This document shows, piece by piece, positions 60,808-64,000 of a DNA stretch of 64,000 nt. The position numbers were made by a program, and so were the translations under genes. The DNA lies in NCBI GenBank assembly GCA_044222185.1, contig JBGANV010000001.1, positions 544,001 to 608,000 on the forward strand, written 5' to 3'. The first letter of the stretch is position 1, and each line of letters starts with the position of its first letter. The notes beneath the pieces were generated by a model that did not search any database, was not told the origin of the DNA, and worked only from the letters and a program-made list of their open reading frames with translations. The DNA is from Planctomycetota bacterium (GTDB lineage: Bacteria > Planctomycetota > GCA-002687715 > CAIWVZ01).

Positions 60808-62415
60808 TCAATTCTCGTCCGCTGGCGGCTTCGTCCCGTCGAGATCCAGCCCCGCCGCACGCCACCGCTTCTGGCCGATGGCCGTTATGGCGACGAGGCA
60901 CACGGTCACGATCGCCATGAAGCCGATGGCGATGGATCGACCGCGATCGTTGAACGTGGCGGTGATCCAGTCACCCAGGTTCTGGTAGCAGAACGCGCCG
61001 AACACGATGAGCAGGTACGCGGGTGTCAGATACTTGATGATCGGCTTGTAGAACCCTGGGATCCGGAGCTGTGCACCGTGGTGCGCCTCGCGGAGCCCGC
61101 GGTCGATCCCGAAGATCCACGCGAAGCAGATGATCTGCGCCGTTGCGAGCACGAAGATCAAGAGCGTTCCGACCCACGAGTCGATCGCATCGAGTGCCGC
61201 CAGCCCCTTGCTGTAATTCATCACGAGGAGATTCCCCGCGATCGCGACCAGCGTCAGGATCGTCACGCCCTTCTTGCGACTCCACCCGAGCGCCTCTTCG
61301 AGAAACGCCAGCGTCGGCTGCAGCATGGAGAGCGAACTGGTGATGGCGGCCAGGAAGAGCATGAAGAACCAGATCGCTCCGACGGCGTTGCCGAAGTGCA
61401 TGTTCGCGAACACCACGGGGAGCGTCTGGAAGCCGAGCCCGAAGGTCCCACCCGGCACTACGCTTCCATCGCTCATCGAGAGTCCGAAGAAGATGAATGC
61501 GGCGGGAATCGTGATGAGTCCGCCGAACCCGACCTCGAAGAACTCGTTCGTCGCGGACGCGGTCAGGCCCGAGAGGACGATGTCGTCCTTCTTCTTCAAG
61601 TACGACGCGTAGTTGATCACGACGCCGAACCCGACCGAAAGGCTGAAGAAGATCTGCCCAGCTGCATCCAACCACGATTGGGGGTCGCGGAGCGCCGAGA
61701 AGTCGGGGTTCCACATGTATCCGAGCCCCGCGTTCACGGTCTGATCAGGATGGGCCGGGTCCGGGTCCAGCGTGAGCACGCGCGCGAGCACGATGGCGGC
61801 AGCGACCGCCATCGCCGGCATGGCCCATTTGCAGAACGCCTCGATGCCCTTCGAAAGCCCGCGGTAGAGGAGCCACACGTTCAGGAAGGTGGTGATCCCC
61901 CAGAACACCATCGCGGTCGTGTGCTCGCCGCCGAGTTGGAAGACGGAGCCGTCAGCCGCGTTTCCGGTGAAGCCGGCGAAATGCGAGGTGGAGGCTGCGA
62001 TCTGCTGGGGGAACGGCTTGCCCGCGTCGATGCCGATCCCCCCGGTGATGTACTCCCAGCAGTATCCAAGGCACCAGGATTCGATGAGCACGTAGTAGAA
62101 GTACACGCCCAGCGGGATGAGGACGCCGATCACGCCGATGAAGCGTGCGACCGACCCCTTGCCGAGGACTCCCATGACGCCGGGGGCCGAGTGGAAGCCT
62201 TTGCGGCCGCCATAGCGGGCCATGGCCCATTCAGCCCAGCCGATTGGGATCCCGAGGAACAGCAGCGCGCAGAAGTAGGGGATCATGAAGGCGCCGCCGC
62301 CGTGCTTGGCGACCTGGCCGGGGAACCGCAGGAAGTTCCCCAATCCCACCGCCGATCCCGCAACCGCCAGGATGACCCCGAGCCGGCTGCCCCATTCTTG
62401 TTTCTTCTCTGACAT
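60808..62415 (-). CDS. Sodium-dependent transporter (NSS/SLC6 family)
   Basis: W.SRLG.ILA.AGSAVGLGNFLRFP, GGGAFMIPY, QIFFSLS.GFG, A.ITSS. Confidence 0.95.
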   Translation of the reverse strand: MSEKKQEWGSRLGVILAVAGSAVGLGNFLRFPGQVAKHGGGAFMIPYFCALLFLGIPIGWAEWAMARYGGRKGFHSAPGVMGVLGKGSVARFIGVIGVLIPLGVYFYYVLIESWCLGYCWEYITGGIGIDAGKPFPQQIAASTSHFAGFTGNAADGSVFQLGGEHTTAMVFWGITTFLNVWLLYRGLSKGIEAFCKWAMPAMAVAAAIVLARVLTLDPDPAHPDQTVNAGLGYMWNPDFSALRDPQSWLDAAGQIFFSLSVGFGVVINYASYLKKKDDIVLSGLTASATNEFFEVGFGGLITIPAAFIFFGLSMSDGSVVPGGTFGLGFQTLPVVFANMHFGNAVGAIWFFMLFLAAITSSLSMLQPTLAFLEEALGWSRKKGVTILTLVAIAGNLLVMNYSKGLAALDAIDSWVGTLLIFVLATAQIICFAWIFGIDRGLREAHHGAQLRIPGFYKPIIKYLTPAYLLIVFGAFCYQNLGDWITATFNDRGRSIAIGFMAIVTVCLVAITAIGQKRWRAAGLDLDGTKPPADEN

Positions 62416-62595
62416 CTGTGTCCTCGGAGCGCGCTCAGCCGCGCCCGGCATGAGGGCAAGAGGGTACAGGGACGGGCTTTCCGCTGCAACGAAGTTCCGG
62501 CCTCGGGATCGCGGCTGGCACTGAGCCGTGACTTGGATTGTCCGCATCACGCGCGGCGGCGTACCATGCGCGCTCACCGTTCGCCGGAGCCCAGC

Positions 62596-63552
62596 ATGCT
62601 CGTCGACCGCTACGGACGCCTGATCAACTACCTTCGGATCTCGGTCACGGACCGCTGCAATCTCCGCTGCGAGTACTGCATGCCGGCCGAGGGCACGGAC
62701 CTGTTCGAGAAGGGCGATGTGCTCTCCTACGAGCAGATCGAGCGGATCATCCGCGTGGCGGTCCGGCTCGGCGTCACGAAGTTCCGCTTCACGGGCGGCG
62801 AGCCGCTCGTCCGGCGCGAACTCGTCCCGTTCATCGGGCGCGTCCGCCAGATCCCCGGGATCGAGAGCCTGGCCATCTCGACGAACGGTCTCCTCCTGGC
62901 CCAGCATGCCGAGGGCCTCCGGGCGGCGGGCATCGACAAGGTGAACATCTCCATCGACTCGTTCCGCCGCGACACGTTCATGCGCCTCGCTCGCCTGGAC
63001 GCGCTGCCGAAGGTTCTCGAAGGGCTGGAGGCGGCGACGCGGGTTGGCTTCCAGACCATCAAGCTCAACGCCGTCCTGCTCCGCGGGTACAACGACGACG
63101 AGATCGAGGAGTTCCTCGGCCTCACGAAACGCACGGCCTACCACGTCCGATTCATCGAGTTCATGCCCTACGGCGAGTGGCACGATCGCGCGGAACTGGT
63201 CGTACCCGCCGCCGAGATCGAACAACGAATCGAGGCCGCCGGCTTCGTTCCGGATCGTGGCCCCGCTGGCAACGGCCCGGCTCGTTATTGGCGATTCCCA
63301 GGGGCGGCCGGAACGGTGGGCATCATCTCGCCAGTCAGCGCGAAGTTCTGCGAGAACTGCAACCGGGTTCGATTGAACGCGCGCGGCGAGCTTCGGGGCT
63401 GCCTCCTGGACGAGGGCGCGCTCTCGATGACGGAAGCCCTGGCCCGGCCGACGGACGAGGGCATCGAACGGATCTTCGCGCGCGTGCTCCTCGTGAAGCC
63501 CGAGAAGCACTACGATCTCCGCACCTTCCACATGTCGACGATCGGAGGTTGA
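62596..63552 (+). CDS. moaA: GTP 3',8-cyclase MoaA
   Basis: YLRISVTDRCNLRCEYCMP, TGGEP, FIEFMP, FC..CNR.R...G....CL, MS.IGG end. Confidence 0.97.
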   Translation: MLVDRYGRLINYLRISVTDRCNLRCEYCMPAEGTDLFEKGDVLSYEQIERIIRVAVRLGVTKFRFTGGEPLVRRELVPFIGRVRQIPGIESLAISTNGLLLAQHAEGLRAAGIDKVNISIDSFRRDTFMRLARLDALPKVLEGLEAATRVGFQTIKLNAVLLRGYNDDEIEEFLGLTKRTAYHVRFIEFMPYGEWHDRAELVVPAAEIEQRIEAAGFVPDRGPAGNGPARYWRFPGAAGTVGIISPVSAKFCENCNRVRLNARGELRGCLLDEGALSMTEALARPTDEGIERIFARVLLVKPEKHYDLRTFHMSTIGG

Positions 63553-63553
63553 G

Positions 63554-64000
63554 TTGACCGATCTCACGCACGTGACGGAGGACGGCACGCCCCGCATGGT
63601 CGACGTGTCGCCGAAACCGGAGACACGCCGGCTCGCCGTGGCCGAGGCGCGGGTGTTCTTCGCCCCGGGGACGCTTCGCCGGGTTCTGTCGGGCGAGCTT
63701 CCGAAAGGTCCCGTGCTCGACGTGGCGCGCGTCGCCGGAATTCAGGGCGCGAAGCACACCAGCACGCTGATCCCTCTGTGCCACCCGCTCCGACTCACGG
63801 ACGTCGACGTGACGTTCGAACCCATGGGGGAGACGGTGTTGTGCATCCGGGCGACCACAGTCGCCATCGACCGCACCGGTGTCGAGATGGAAGCGATGAC
63901 CGCCGTATCGGTCGCGGCACTGACCGTCTACGACATGACGAAGGCCGTGGATCGTCGCGCCTCGATCGGGGAGATCCGCCTCTTGCGCAAGGAGGGCGGG
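63554..64000 (+). CDS. moaC: Cyclic pyranopterin monophosphate synthase MoaC (runs off window)
   Basis: Manual translation LTH...G.PRMVDVS.K...KG.V...AR.AGI.GAK.T..LIPLCHP...TGVEMEA...YDM.KAVD; GGAGG RBS with TTG start. Confidence 0.95.
   Translation, partial: MTDLTHVTEDGTPRMVDVSPKPETRRLAVAEARVFFAPGTLRRVLSGELPKGPVLDVARVAGIQGAKHTSTLIPLCHPLRLTDVDVTFEPMGETVLCIRATTVAIDRTGVEMEAMTAVSVAALTVYDMTKAVDRRASIGEIRLLRKEGG

Overview
GC-rich bacterial chromosomal segment, most likely from a Planctomycetota genome. This is inferred from a Minf_1886-type small protein, WD40 Ser/Thr kinases, an EF-P with a PGN loop and a divergent DnaA. Most of it is housekeeping: rlmN, clpX-clpP-tig, pepP, secDF-rplS-trmD, ribE, dtd, ruvC, ispDF, dps, htrA, cvpA, ald, gmd/rmd, MATE, holB, ctpA, ansA, efp, comM, transporters, moaAC and three tRNAs. 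Small accessory patches of secreted or orphan proteins lie downstream of both tRNA-Gly genes. I saw no integrase, transposase, prophage, CRISPR array or rRNA. Most notable: (1) a SelW/Rdx-type selenoprotein (CxxU, in-frame TGA plus SECIS-like hairpin) missing from the ORF track; (2) an asparaginase, an atypical CX10CX2C radical SAM enzyme and an orphan protein directly upstream of an EF-P with Asn at its modification site; (3) a PafB/PafC-like WYL pair upstream of a TPR-metallopeptidase / degenerate DnaA / HolB operon; (4) a tandem pseudokinase-kinase; (5) a shared terminal domain in three secreted proteins; (6) metal-binding insertions in trigger factor and CtpA. All family assignments are by-eye motif recognition; no searches were run, and several start codons are my own choices.
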